Below, one piece after another: positions 20,901 through 29,779 of a DNA stretch of 64,000 nucleotides. Origin of the DNA: a virus. The stretch lies in the IMG/VR virus record IMGVR_UViG_3300046674_000362, positions 21,482-85,481 of that record; one strand, 5' to 3'. The notes under the pieces are model-generated. The model was not told the origin of the DNA. It worked only from the letters and a program-made list of their open reading frames with translations, and did not search any database. A program made the position numbers and the translations under genes. Each line of letters opens with the position of its first letter. Position 1 is the stretch's first letter.

Positions 20901-21755
20901 GATGGACTTGGGCACGATGAACGCGGCCAGCCCGTTCGGCTTCAGCTTTTGCAGCGAGCGCAGGATGAAATACTCTTGCAGGTTCGACTTCTGGAACCGC
21001 TTGTCCTTGAGCGGATTGTCGCCGCGCATCGCCAGATCGCCGAACGGCACGTTGGTGACGACGGCATCGTAGATTTCGTCCGGCGTCGCGGCGGCGACTG
21101 CCTCGAACGGGGCCACGGTGGTGCTGACGGTCGGGCCGTCGTTGATCGCGCCATTGATCGCGCCCGAGGTCGCATCCAGCTCTACCTGCGTCATCACGGC
21201 GCTGGCTGGGCGGGTGGCGGTGAACACGCCGGAACCGGCCGACGGATCAAGCACGGTGCCGCCATTGAAGCCCAGCTCTCCCAGCAGGGACCACATGGCC
21301 GAGGCGATGGGCTTCGGGGTGTAATACTCGTAGGGCGAGCCGGTCAGGCCGTTTGCGTCCGTCAGGCCGCCACCGTTGCCGCTGTACTTCGCCAGGATGG
21401 CGCGCTCGTCATCCGTTACCGCGACTTCCCCAGTCTTGATCTTGGCGAGCAAGGCGATGGCGGCATTGTTGTCCTTCTGGCGCTGGCCCAGGGTGCGCTT
21501 TCCTTCCTCGGGGTAGAACCGCTGCGTATCGCTCGCGGGCGTGCCCTTGGTCGGTGCCGGGGTTTGGACGGAGGCCGGGCGCTTGCCCATCGCCTGCATG
21601 ATTTCACGGACGCGGACGCCGATCTTCAGCAGCCGCAGGCGCGACTTGGTATCGTCGCCGAGGGAATCGCGCTCTTTCTTGAGCTTGGCAAACTCGGCCG
21701 CGAGCTTGAAATTGGCAAGTGGATTGCCGGGGGATGTATCGTCAAAGATTCTCAT
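14952..21755 (-). CDS. darB: DarB: N6-adenine methyltransferase plus SNF2-like helicase, virion-packaged antirestriction protein
   Basis: 2267 aa; MTase VLDPSAGSG and TNVPF; helicase FDVGLGKT, VLDEAH, HQRNGRGVRQGN. Confidence 0.9.
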   Translation of the reverse strand: MRIFDDTSPGNPLANFKLAAEFAKLKKERDSLGDDTKSRLRLLKIGVRVREIMQAMGKRPASVQTPAPTKGTPASDTQRFYPEEGKRTLGQRQKDNNAAIALLAKIKTGEVAVTDDERAILAKYSGNGGGLTDANGLTGSPYEYYTPKPIASAMWSLLGELGFNGGTVLDPSAGSGVFTATRPASAVMTQVELDATSGAINGAINDGPTVSTTVAPFEAVAAATPDEIYDAVVTNVPFGDLAMRGDNPLKDKRFQKSNLQEYFILRSLQKLKPNGLAAFIVPKSIVSGLSSKESKLRTSASLMAEFLGAYRLPNSIFTTAAADVTTDLIVFRKFSREAATKIAELQEQNPAILGEARVLWDEFLSGKYFVGAGRKYILGEEGTTTGRYGEVAAVINNDTISNIAKLIKRFPASHIDWELLNTTETAPIVYADGDVIHSNGQTLEWKDGAWVALDANVGEDKEMQAIGQKVQTPLDCVNNGIKWDQVGRWIAYENLKGRHMSTPNWLLAVRNSLDQLADNERQSWWEAISAGLAVMGLSQDASSVEPYNYKDGYPVLSAQLARVQSYGNKTLGRAAKVVKDGLLSIRTARTKGEFTPFWLGQIAPDLQTIALTPSQVYEKVKYEAEDESGYVPVEKMQAAFSGFDPLTDEEWCVSADGKAVIHANDYYTGIYADFLKAAAAELEACDDPAIRTKLVRQHETAKARLNPVDVSQMTFSLFTPHVTMLQKLEFLRAYVSPDIFMTQDALGRDVFDIKQPSLSKWASEEEAAAHKAMQRFVKGYLKNQNITTQNKQVDVEADPDKEAALVRRIKEIADRAKAQFDAWARANEEVQAGLHARLNSPEALRFVQEPDGSPLEIPNLNSLDFRPHAYQYAAVRRFSRNFGGVLGFDVGLGKTLTALAAAQYCQSIGVKRKTIFVVPNATLTNWKKESGKAYLDTSDCLYVGLVKGKNGKDKIDAAQVKADLNAIRENRHSKIFMTLEAFKMIPLRDETMQAYIQYLTENDDAYLLAEEDANKKKANIAADSKSKAVKDTGEKSGALPYFEDMGVDSLVLDEAHNYKNSKMTSSQFKGAKYLADPSKSQRGMDMQAKAWFIRGLSPRNDGVLSLTATPVTNSPLEVYAMLTLALGEREVNSMYGVTGADSFMAAACDIDEREEENIVGIMRPVRVFGGLSNAGLLRRLLQTSAVIKTAEDVKADGLNISVPDADEVAVSVDIGSDAMSTILGYKDEYMDAVEAVKAGGATAEEKLAASPFNLIRKMTRVINDRELDGGIFKFKHTAAQAEGAAKAIAAFNKKNVVEERDYSDPNADPADIKTRVVKDVETGESVTKFLITVRTRAAADGRAVELLSTDFETQDVLLKLLAAQDIEPSVSISPKLAAMIENFRNEAATPRWMGQAKQIIFCDELSLHHKIKLALTQAVGVPASKIKIVNAVSVDTAGMQDVQDGFNADGEDNKYTVVIANKKAEVGINLQKGCQAIHHMTIGWTPDSIHQRNGRGVRQGNPVSKVSVYHYDADGTFDGYKRKLVGIKADWIGSLMNGDSTSIKIEGDMSKEDYELLANAVGDAGAMNRISEEIEQRQKRQKRAAVRVAQLQSLRIIDAQTKWLAKYGEGSAHRPLTGFVEWVKAKLAAANQTRSAIDKLQERLSETEGPILAARLSRQITELESKRKDQLSLLGGLSLDSRGTPVAPSEFGGLTDAMKETAAYANWQKDLGIATRMRDEAAVSFNMRAGDGYSKDDLDAFNAGEAEIVTGSLAVVGSFVDFENKLLVVRKPTRGRGTSLVGFNPADLTDTELLRMTGATFIARGSEEWAATVARAVAADKATIATVGAFTASDLSLYSSLVADVREALDVPIPSAAMTADSFRFKAPYFPFVLDQDAKGGELTDKIRAEQAPLIQSYGKGYRQIILTDLRNVGDGGYATPEAKFKELAVYVVAHKLRVTKADLDAITPGLTIGKALAALDIDEAFKLALPGGVASVKSPDELDTWALNWFRTEQQVAEIDSLEDALGYLYSTYTKTRNKIDDGVERWHLFPESSKYVITSPAYAAISKAVQDGTLASEIMAAPSYSPDFAFYEKNGRALAELLFKETGEYVELVAGADNARSSQELPASARMYVKDWATAAKLTQEYVGAIWSSLRSYAKGYNAKQSLDAAGVDLDGMLKALRRVPGVNSAELGTLDDMKTADRYSASYFYKANEYILLKTTRGSPTHEKIATAGAAGLQGRTFDNVSKAFRLTIKDGEKFSDGKDVASVASLFAHLGLNIKDYLV

Positions 21756-21800
21756 TGAGGGTCCGGTTTAGGGGATAAAAAAACGGGCAGCGCACTCGAA

Positions 21801-21842
21801 AGTATGCCGCCCGTCAACCACACCAAAACCGGGGCTTTTCCT
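21801..21842 (-). promoter_or_regulatory. putative late promoter AGGAAAA-N29-CATACT
   Basis: Motif copy 5; upstream of darB. Confidence 0.7.
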
Positions 21843-21857
21843 TGCGGATTTACCCTA

Positions 21858-24020
21858 TCAGCCCATCGCCTTGACCATGTAATCGGTGTACGCCTGAATC
21901 GCTTGGCCCCACAGCGCCAGCACCTCGGCGTCGCCATCGTAGGCCGTGCCCATCGCCTCGATCTTGTCCGCCAGATCATCGGCCCACATATCGGCGTTGC
22001 CGGAAATGACGCTGTTCAGGAACGCCATATCGTTGGCGCGCTGCGGGTTATTGACCGGCTCGGGATCGACGGCGGCAGGCGCGGGCTGGAATGCCTCGGC
22101 CTCAGCCCGCGCAGCAGCGATCGCCTCGGCGGCGGTGCCGTAGGTGCCCACCTCTTGCGAGGGTGAGCCGCTGATGCCGCCAGCAAACGACGCCGACTTT
22201 TTCAGCTTGAACTGCGCTGGGGTGCCAAACACGCGAATGTTGAGGTTGAGCTTACCGCTCTCGCCCTGCACACCCTTAGCCCATTCGTTGCCGCTCACGT
22301 TCTTGAATCCGGCCGCCGTCAGCTCGGCCGATCCAGCATCAGCCACGACAGGCTCAGGCTCGACGGCCGCAGGTATCTTCCAGTCCAGCTCGGGCCATTC
22401 CTCGGCCATCACGTCCGTGACTTCGCGCGCCAGATCGGGGCGGCCGGTGGCTATGTAGGTCGCCAGCTCGGCGCGCTGCTCGCCTGCGGAGTTGAGCACG
22501 CGGTACACGTCGATGCGGCGCAGTTGCGCCAGGGTGTCGGCAGCGATCTTGATGAGGGTGTCCATGCTGGGCTTCTCCTGCTGGGTTGGTTCCGGCACCG
22601 GGGCCGCCGCATTGGCGGCATGCCATGCCTTGCTATAGGCGTCGTATGCGGCTTTCCATGTGTCGCCGCCGATGGTCAGGTTGCGCACCAAGTTCATAAA
22701 TACCGGGTTTTGGCTCGGGGTCGAGGTCATGCCGATGGCGAATCCGGCAGCGCCCAGCTCGGCCGCCGACTTGATGATTTCGTCGGAGGTGATTTGCGCG
22801 GTCAGCTCCGCATCGCGGTTGGTCGCATATTCGATCTTCGCGGCGAGCTGGCGTGAGCGCGCGGACAGGGCAGGGGTCAGATAGCCCGCCTTGCGCTGCT
22901 CGGCCAGCAGCGTAAGCGCCTCCTGATGCCACAAGCCATTGCCGGTGCGAGCGGCGCGCATCGCCAGCACCTCGGCATGATGGTTGGCCGCTGTCAGGGC
23001 GTCGATGATGGCGCTGTAGTCCGCCTCAGTCATACCCTGAATCAGCGCCGTGGGCAGGGTCCATGCCTCATGCGTGAACGGGTCTTGCACGGCCTGCGCA
23101 ATCGCGGCGGCCACCGGGTCCACGGTTGGCTCGGGCAGTGTGGCCATTGCGTCGATTTCGGCGGCCAGCTCGTCCGGGGTCTTGGTCAGATCATCCCTGA
23201 TGCCGTTGATGGTCATGCCGACAACGTTCTTGCCTGCGCCCACCTGCCAGAAATCGAAGCGGGCGATGATGCCATTCTTCGACAGCACGCCGCGCTGCTG
23301 GCCGTCCCAGCCCAGGGCGCGCAGGGCATTGCGCACGTCCACGATGCGGCCGCCAAAGAAAGAGTCAAGGCGGTCTTGCCACTCGATTGCCAGCGCCTCG
23401 CTTTTCAGTACCTTGGCGTAGCCAGTCGGCGAGGTCGGGTCGAACTCGGGCACCGCCTCACCCTTGATCTTGCGGGTGAGCACGAGGACATCGCGCGCGA
23501 CGCCCAGGATGTACAGCGGGTCAGCGCCGATCCTGATGGCGCTTTCGAGCGATTCCTTGCGCTCGCCAAGCTCGCCCTGCAACTGGAAGCCCAGCAGCGG
23601 GTTTGCCGAGTCCATCACCGGCACCGGGGCGGGCACCACTTCAGCTACCGGCAGCAGCTTGGCCGCATCCTCGGTCAGCACCGCGTCATACACGCTTTCA
23701 TCCTCGGGCAGCTCGGCCAGGACGATGCTCGATTCGATGTTATCGACCACGGCGTACATGGTGACGCCCTCGCGCGGCTGCGGCGCGACCGGGAAGGCGA
23801 CGGAGTAGCGCACGGCGCTGGCCGTAAAGCTGACGCCCACCACGATACCGGCGACATACAGGGCGTCGCCCTCGGCGTCGTTCAGGGCTACCCACACGCG
23901 GCCAGCAAGCGAGTTTGCGGACGGCAGGACGGACGCGCTCATAGCGTCGGCGGCCGCCTGATTGATGAGCTTGAAGCCGAGCCAGGAGGTCGGCAGGGTG
24001 GTTTGATTCGTGTCGGTCAT
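21858..24020 (-). CDS. polyvalent head-cargo protein with DarA C-terminal-like domain
   Basis: Start re-set to MTDTNQ after AAGGAG; 720 aa; C-terminal DMAFLNSVISG...QAIQAY module. Confidence 0.7.
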   Translation of the reverse strand: MTDTNQTTLPTSWLGFKLINQAAADAMSASVLPSANSLAGRVWVALNDAEGDALYVAGIVVGVSFTASAVRYSVAFPVAPQPREGVTMYAVVDNIESSIVLAELPEDESVYDAVLTEDAAKLLPVAEVVPAPVPVMDSANPLLGFQLQGELGERKESLESAIRIGADPLYILGVARDVLVLTRKIKGEAVPEFDPTSPTGYAKVLKSEALAIEWQDRLDSFFGGRIVDVRNALRALGWDGQQRGVLSKNGIIARFDFWQVGAGKNVVGMTINGIRDDLTKTPDELAAEIDAMATLPEPTVDPVAAAIAQAVQDPFTHEAWTLPTALIQGMTEADYSAIIDALTAANHHAEVLAMRAARTGNGLWHQEALTLLAEQRKAGYLTPALSARSRQLAAKIEYATNRDAELTAQITSDEIIKSAAELGAAGFAIGMTSTPSQNPVFMNLVRNLTIGGDTWKAAYDAYSKAWHAANAAAPVPEPTQQEKPSMDTLIKIAADTLAQLRRIDVYRVLNSAGEQRAELATYIATGRPDLAREVTDVMAEEWPELDWKIPAAVEPEPVVADAGSAELTAAGFKNVSGNEWAKGVQGESGKLNLNIRVFGTPAQFKLKKSASFAGGISGSPSQEVGTYGTAAEAIAAARAEAEAFQPAPAAVDPEPVNNPQRANDMAFLNSVISGNADMWADDLADKIEAMGTAYDGDAEVLALWGQAIQAYTDYMVKAMG

Positions 24021-24021
24021 G

Positions 24022-25122
24022 TTACTCCTTGAGCGCCGCGTCGGCCTGGGCAATGGCATAGGCCGCATACGCCTCTACGGCGGATTTGAACAGCGCGAGC
24101 ATATCGGCATTGTCGGCGCTGGCCGCATGGATTTTCCCAAGCTCATCGGCCACGGCCAGATCGGACAGGTCCAGGGTGCCGCCGATCACGGCATTCAGGT
24201 AGGTGCGCGCCTCGGCGTGCTGGTCGGCGACCGGCTCAACCTTGACTTTCTTGGCGATGCCGTAGCCCTTGGACATTTCCGCGAATTGCTTGAGCTTTTC
24301 GGCGACCATGTGCGGGTGCGCCGCCAGCTCGCCGCCCGGCGTGAAGAAATCAAACAGCTTCGCCGCCCACGGCCCGCGAATCTTGTCCATGATCCCGTCT
24401 TTCGCGCCAATGTCGTGCTTCATGTTATTGATGGCGCTGCGCAGGTTCGTGTACTCGTTCGCATACTTGTTGCTGGCCGGGTCAAGGCGCAGCTCGCTCA
24501 TGCGGTCACTGGTGATCGACGCGACCATCTGGCGCAGGGACATTTGCTGACTATCGAACGTCCGGCCCATGCCTGCATACACCATCGCAGCGCGGCCAGT
24601 GTCGCCCATCGCCTCATAGTCCTTCTCGAAGTCCTCGGTAGTCTCGTAAGCGCCCCATTCCAGCTTGCGCTTTTCCGGCTCAGGGGCGTCGTCGCCCAGC
24701 TCGGTCACGATATGGCGCAGGCGGTCCAGATCGCCAAAAAACGTGTCGGCGTTCTCATCCAAGCGGCCGAGAATCTGCGCGCCCTCGCCGATCAGCTCGA
24801 AGGCTTCGGCCGGGCTTACTGCGTCGAGCACCGTTGTCGTCATGTCGTTGTTTTCCAGTTCGTCCATTAAATCGTCCTCGGTCGGGAGAACGGTAATTCC
24901 GTATTTCTCGGACTGGCAAAATCCGTAAAGGTCAGCCGGTTCCAGGCTATCGAATTCGATCAGCGCGCCGCCGCGCCCGGAAATAGAATTCAGCCCGAGA
25001 AAAGCCTTGAAATACTCGATTGCATCGGCGCTGCCGGTATATTCGACGCGGCTTTCCTCGTCATCGCCCCATGTGGCCTGAAACGCCCCGTAGGGCGTGA
25101 CTGCTTTGTAAATCGTGGTCAT
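24022..25122 (-). CDS. Dar-cluster protein with DarA C-terminal-like domain
   Basis: Start MTTIYK overlaps upstream stop (ATGA); C-terminal ARTYLNAVIGG...SAVEAY module; occupies the P1 hxr position. Confidence 0.65.
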   Translation of the reverse strand: MTTIYKAVTPYGAFQATWGDDEESRVEYTGSADAIEYFKAFLGLNSISGRGGALIEFDSLEPADLYGFCQSEKYGITVLPTEDDLMDELENNDMTTTVLDAVSPAEAFELIGEGAQILGRLDENADTFFGDLDRLRHIVTELGDDAPEPEKRKLEWGAYETTEDFEKDYEAMGDTGRAAMVYAGMGRTFDSQQMSLRQMVASITSDRMSELRLDPASNKYANEYTNLRSAINNMKHDIGAKDGIMDKIRGPWAAKLFDFFTPGGELAAHPHMVAEKLKQFAEMSKGYGIAKKVKVEPVADQHAEARTYLNAVIGGTLDLSDLAVADELGKIHAASADNADMLALFKSAVEAYAAYAIAQADAALKE

Positions 25123-27002
25123 TGTAGGTTCTCCACTCCAACTGTCTCGATCAGCTTTTTCTTGGGATCGCCAGAAAAGCCGTCGATGAAATAGCGCCAT
25201 GCGTTTGTGAGGCCCGCGTTGTCGCGGTGTGCGATGGCAAGCAGGGCTCGCACCATGTCGAGGTCGCCGTGGAAGCTGATCGAATCGGGAATCGTCCGCG
25301 CGCCGGTTTCGCTGCGCGTCCCGCCCGTCGAGGCATCCACAAGCAGGAATCCTTTGGCGTTGCGGTTGGTGTCGTACTTACGCAGGACGCCCGAGAACAC
25401 CTTGTACTCGCCGCTGCTGCCGACGTACTGCGCTTTGCCGGTGCGGACCTTCCGAAGCGGGTAGGCGTACAGCATTTCCGCAAACAGCGAATCCTGGTCG
25501 AGCGTGTCGAACCAGTCATCTTTCGTCAGCGGTGCCTTGCCCGCGAGGTAGTCGATGGCACGCCGGTACAGCTCGCCCTCGGTGCGCGCCTGCTCCTGCT
25601 TTTCGCCAATCGCGCCCTTGTGCATGTTCAGCTTCGCATGCATCGCGGGAGTCAGCGGCATGGTGAGATAGCCGGTAATCAGCGCGAACATTTCCGGGTC
25701 TTTCGCCGCGAAAATGGCGGCATCCTTCGGGTTCGCGAGGTACTGGACGCCCATCGACCACACTTCGGTGATGCCATCGCGGTACACCTTGCCGACATAG
25801 GCATCCATGAAGTGATCCTTGTAGGCCACTTCGCGGGTGTCATAGCCCTTGTTGCCGGTCAGGTCGCGCAGGCGGTAGGCTCCCTCGCCCTCGCGGCGCT
25901 TCAGCAGGAAGCCGTTCGAGGCGGCCTTCGCAATCGGATCGTTCTCAAGATGGTGCGCCAGCTCGTGAAACAGCACGGTCTTGTTGAAGCGCGAGCCCAG
26001 GTTAATGACCTTCTCGCCCAGGCGCTCGGTGATGCCGACGGCATTGGCGCGCTTGCCGCCGTCGATGCCGATGCGGATAGCCGATGCCTTGCCGCCTGTC
26101 AGGCGGTAGAACTCGGCCATATCGCGCACCACGTCATCGGGCTTGTAGCCCAGGCGCTTGAGCTTGGCCTTGGCGTTGTCGTCAATGACTTGCTCGCGCG
26201 CCCAGGCGTCCGCCTGCTCGGCCGTGATCGGCGATGCCTCGGCGATCTTGGTGAGGATCGCGCCCCCGGTTTCGTTGAAAATCGCGGCGTGCTTGGCCGC
26301 CCGGTCGGCGTAGAACTTCTGGTGCAGATCGTTCATGCGGGTCCACGCAGCCGTCTGCTCGTCGTCGTACTTCTGCCAGATCGCATCGCGCTGGCGCACC
26401 AACTCGTCAATGTTGGCGCTGTCCGATTCCATCAGCGCCTTGAGCGCAGCTAGGGCGTCCTTGCGCTGGGCGATGACACGCGCGTAGTCGTCGCGCGCCT
26501 TGGCGTATTCCGGGTCGTCTGCCGGGTGCTTCGTCAGCAGCTCATCGGCATCTGCCACCGTCTTGTTCAGTGCCTCCTGCGTGATGCCGTGCTTGACGCC
26601 ACGCCCTGCCAGGGTCGTGAACGCAGCGAGCTTCGCCTCGGGGTCGGCCGGTTTGCGGTTGAGCACGTTCTGGTAGTCCCAAATCTGCTCGGGCAGCATG
26701 GTGCCGCCGCTGCCGATGAGCTGGCCCAGGTCGCTTACCGTCACCAGCTCGAACAGCGCCAGCTCGTCCGGCAGCGCCTTGATGCCAGTTTCGAGGTAGC
26801 TTTTCAGCGCCTTGATCGACGCATCCTTATCCGCCAGGGAGAATTGCAGCGGCTTCACGGCCGACTCATACCCCAGCATGGCGAGGATTTCGCGCAGCCG
26901 GTTGAGGTCGTCAAAGAACCCGGACGATTCCTCGTCCAGATTCTTCAGCAGGGCCGCGCCTTCGCCGACGATGGCGAAGAATTCTTCGTGCCCTGCATCC
27001 AT
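25119..27002 (-). CDS. DdrB-like protein with HExxH zincin motif
   Basis: VLFHELAHHLE and YVGKVY...TEVWSMG; follows the DarA-like gene as ddrB does in P1. Confidence 0.7.
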   Translation of the reverse strand: MDAGHEEFFAIVGEGAALLKNLDEESSGFFDDLNRLREILAMLGYESAVKPLQFSLADKDASIKALKSYLETGIKALPDELALFELVTVSDLGQLIGSGGTMLPEQIWDYQNVLNRKPADPEAKLAAFTTLAGRGVKHGITQEALNKTVADADELLTKHPADDPEYAKARDDYARVIAQRKDALAALKALMESDSANIDELVRQRDAIWQKYDDEQTAAWTRMNDLHQKFYADRAAKHAAIFNETGGAILTKIAEASPITAEQADAWAREQVIDDNAKAKLKRLGYKPDDVVRDMAEFYRLTGGKASAIRIGIDGGKRANAVGITERLGEKVINLGSRFNKTVLFHELAHHLENDPIAKAASNGFLLKRREGEGAYRLRDLTGNKGYDTREVAYKDHFMDAYVGKVYRDGITEVWSMGVQYLANPKDAAIFAAKDPEMFALITGYLTMPLTPAMHAKLNMHKGAIGEKQEQARTEGELYRRAIDYLAGKAPLTKDDWFDTLDQDSLFAEMLYAYPLRKVRTGKAQYVGSSGEYKVFSGVLRKYDTNRNAKGFLLVDASTGGTRSETGARTIPDSISFHGDLDMVRALLAIAHRDNAGLTNAWRYFIDGFSGDPKKKLIETVGVENLQ

Positions 27003-29773
27003 TACGCCACCTTCTTCTTGAATTCAGCCACGAAGAAATTCTTGGCGGCCGTTTTCGCCTGCATGACCAGATCGAGGAAAGCGCCGCTCGGGTCGGTGTA
27101 GGTACGCGCCAGAGCCGCGAGGCGATCCGTCACGCCCTTGTCGTAGAAATCCACGTTACCGGCTGCTGCGGCGGCCAGGAAGTCGCCATCGGCCGATTCC
27201 TGGGCTTCCTGCGCCTCTTTCGCGGCCTTCGCTGCGGCCTCGGCGGTGGCGGCCTCCTGGGCGGCCTTCTCGGCTGCCGGGTCCACGGTCGTGATCGGGA
27301 CTGCGCCCTCGATCATGGCGTAAGCCTCGGCCGGGGTCGCGGCCCAGGCGCTACCCGCGCTGCGGCCATCAGCGTACAGCGCCTTGATCGCGCGGAATGG
27401 CTTTTCCTTGCTCGGGTTGATCTGGAACGCATAGCCATAGCCCACCAACTTCACCAGCTCGCCCAGCTCATTCGCAACGTAGCTGCCCACTTCCGGCAGG
27501 TAGTCGTCGGGCAAATCATCGGTGCGGCCGACGATGCCATACCAGCCGGGCTTGCCATCGTAGAACGCCTTGGCATCGCTGTAGAGCTTGTCCTTGTGCT
27601 CGGTTTTCGGCGGCGCACTGTTGGCGGTGTCCCAGCCATCGAGCCATTGCGCTTGCTGCCACGGAGCCATATCGGCCGGGGCGATGCGGTCCTGATCGTC
27701 AAAGAATGCGCTGCGGCCTGCCGCGAATGCCGCTTCTTCCATCCTTGCGCGGTCGGCCAGCTCGCCCGCGTTCGGATCGGGGAATTCGCCGGTTGCGAAA
27801 TACACGCTGGCGGCGTTCTCGGCGTCGCCTTCGCTCAGGTAGGCCGGGCTGATCGGGTTATCATTCTTGACGCTGGCGACGCGCCACGTACCTTGCGCCT
27901 CGTTTTTCTGCACATAGAACTTGTCGCGCCACGTCGGCTCAGGCTCTTGCTCTTGCTCTTGCTCTTGCTCCGCAACGAATTTGCCCTTGAACGCCTTGAG
28001 CTTGTTCGCGTTGCCCGGCCCCAAGTCCGGCCGGAATGCTTCGACAATGGCCTTGCCTTCCGGCGTGATGGCGCTGCGCTTGAGGTACTTGCTCGCCGCA
28101 TTCAGGCCCGCCGCCGCTTCGGTGTACTCTGCCTCTCCGATCCCGGCGTCGCTCATGGCGTTTTGCAGACGGGCGAACGACTTGAACGAAGCCGTTGCGA
28201 TCAGTACGACCATTTCCGCATCGGTCAACGCGGCCGCTTTCGGACGGTCCTCGCGCTCCAGAACTGCCACCACGTCAGCGATGTTTTCGAGTGAGTACCG
28301 TACCGCCGTCTGCATCCTTTCTTCCGGCCTCGGGACGCTGCCCGCATCCTCCGTCTTGCTGCCATCGCTGACGTTCGCATACAGGCGCGTGAAGTCCGCG
28401 CCCTCATGCGGCTTCCTGATTTCGAGCGTAGCGGTATAGCCGCCGTCAATGGCAATCATTGCGCTCGTATCGTCGCCCGAGGTCAGCGCATAGCCTTCCG
28501 GTAGTTGGCGCTCAATTTCAGCGCGCAGGGACAGGGCAGGGTCCGGCTGCGGCAGCGGGTCCGAGTCGGTCAGTCCTGCGGCGTCGCGCGAAGCCTGGGC
28601 GGCGGCCACCTGCTGCTCCAGATCGGCCAGCGTCGCCTCCTTCGTTTCCAGCTCGGTTTTCAGGCTGGCGATGGTTTCCATGCGCTCGGCGCGCTTGCCG
28701 TTGGCGGCGATGAAGCGGGCGCTGTTCTTCTCGGCCAGCATCATCAGGCGCGCGGCCACGGTGCGCACGTTCAGGTCGCGGCCCTTTTCCGGCGCGACGG
28801 CCACGGTGATGTCTTTCTTGTTGAGCATCCACTTCCACGAAATGACATCATCGCCGGGCGCGATCTTCCGGGGCGTCACGTCCGGGTTGTGGAAGAACAC
28901 CGACACGGTTTGGCCGTCGGTCAGCTCGTAGATCACGGCGACGTTGGTCGAGCCGCGCTGGGTGAACGGCTCGCTGACCTGCATCGAGGCCACCTTTACG
29001 GCGTCGCCCGCGCGGTCCAGCACCTTCTGCAACAGCGTCATGCGCTGCTCCAGGCGCGCGAGCGGGATCACCAGCGCATCCAGCGCCAGCACGCCGTCGG
29101 CATCGCCGAGGATGTCCGCCATGCTTACGGCGTCGAACAGCAGCCCGTCGTCGCCGTCATGTGCGCGCAGGCGGTAAAGCACCTGCTCCAGTGTCGAGTG
29201 CAGCGGCAAGTTAGCGCTGTCCCAAAGTACCTTTTCCATTTCGTCCGTTCCTTCGTTGGGGAGTTGATCTTGGGTGAGGGGGCGCGTCTTGTTGCCGTGC
29301 GCGATCCACCATTTGAGTTGCGTGATCGAGCACGCGGCGCAGCTTCCCAGGCCGGTCCAGCCGGGATCGTAGTTGCTCAGGTATCCAGCGACGGCGGTGC
29401 GCTTGTCGGGGAACCCCAGCATGATTTTGTGCTCATCGAACTTGCCGCCGATGAACTGGTTCACCACGTAGACGCGCGGCGACTCGGGCATCGGCCCGAT
29501 GCTGCAATCCAGCTCGTCACCATCGTTGCCCAGGGTGCCCATGATGTAGCCATAGTGGAACTTCATCAGGTTGCTGCCGCTGGTGCCGTCGGCCGCCTTC
29601 CAGTGGCGCAGCGTGCCGCGCGGCGATTCGATGGCGATGCGCAGGCCATGCAGGGACTCCCGCCCCTTGGCGTAGTTGCCCGCTTCGTTCTGTGCAGCCG
29701 TCGAGGCGCGCTTGTGGTTGTGTCCGTTCGCACCAGAGTGCGCGGCAATGTCGAGGTTGGCGAATTTATCCAT
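27002..29773 (-). CDS. DarA-like polyvalent protein with N-terminal inorganic pyrophosphatase-like domain
   Basis: Start re-set to MDKFANL; HYGYIMGTLGNDGDELD (InPase-like), ELTDGQTVSVFFHNPD (DarA_N-like), coiled coil, DarA_C-like end. Confidence 0.75.
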   Translation of the reverse strand: MDKFANLDIAAHSGANGHNHKRASTAAQNEAGNYAKGRESLHGLRIAIESPRGTLRHWKAADGTSGSNLMKFHYGYIMGTLGNDGDELDCSIGPMPESPRVYVVNQFIGGKFDEHKIMLGFPDKRTAVAGYLSNYDPGWTGLGSCAACSITQLKWWIAHGNKTRPLTQDQLPNEGTDEMEKVLWDSANLPLHSTLEQVLYRLRAHDGDDGLLFDAVSMADILGDADGVLALDALVIPLARLEQRMTLLQKVLDRAGDAVKVASMQVSEPFTQRGSTNVAVIYELTDGQTVSVFFHNPDVTPRKIAPGDDVISWKWMLNKKDITVAVAPEKGRDLNVRTVAARLMMLAEKNSARFIAANGKRAERMETIASLKTELETKEATLADLEQQVAAAQASRDAAGLTDSDPLPQPDPALSLRAEIERQLPEGYALTSGDDTSAMIAIDGGYTATLEIRKPHEGADFTRLYANVSDGSKTEDAGSVPRPEERMQTAVRYSLENIADVVAVLEREDRPKAAALTDAEMVVLIATASFKSFARLQNAMSDAGIGEAEYTEAAAGLNAASKYLKRSAITPEGKAIVEAFRPDLGPGNANKLKAFKGKFVAEQEQEQEQEPEPTWRDKFYVQKNEAQGTWRVASVKNDNPISPAYLSEGDAENAASVYFATGEFPDPNAGELADRARMEEAAFAAGRSAFFDDQDRIAPADMAPWQQAQWLDGWDTANSAPPKTEHKDKLYSDAKAFYDGKPGWYGIVGRTDDLPDDYLPEVGSYVANELGELVKLVGYGYAFQINPSKEKPFRAIKALYADGRSAGSAWAATPAEAYAMIEGAVPITTVDPAAEKAAQEAATAEAAAKAAKEAQEAQESADGDFLAAAAAGNVDFYDKGVTDRLAALARTYTDPSGAFLDLVMQAKTAAKNFFVAEFKKKVA
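27943..27970. repeat. hexamer tandem repeat (GCTCTT)x4.7 encoding EQEQEQEQ linker
   Basis: Seen directly; in-frame. Confidence 0.85.
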
Positions 29774-29779
29774 CCCCCC

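Noticed and set aside
15669-21758. Long plus-strand ORFs (949 aa and 1056 aa) and similar antisense ORFs opposite capsid, portal and bplA
   Set aside because: Shadow frames of GC-rich coding genes on the minus strand; no motifs or RBS
27943-27970. Tandem repeat as a phase-variation switch
   Set aside because: A 6-bp unit keeps the frame and only changes linker length
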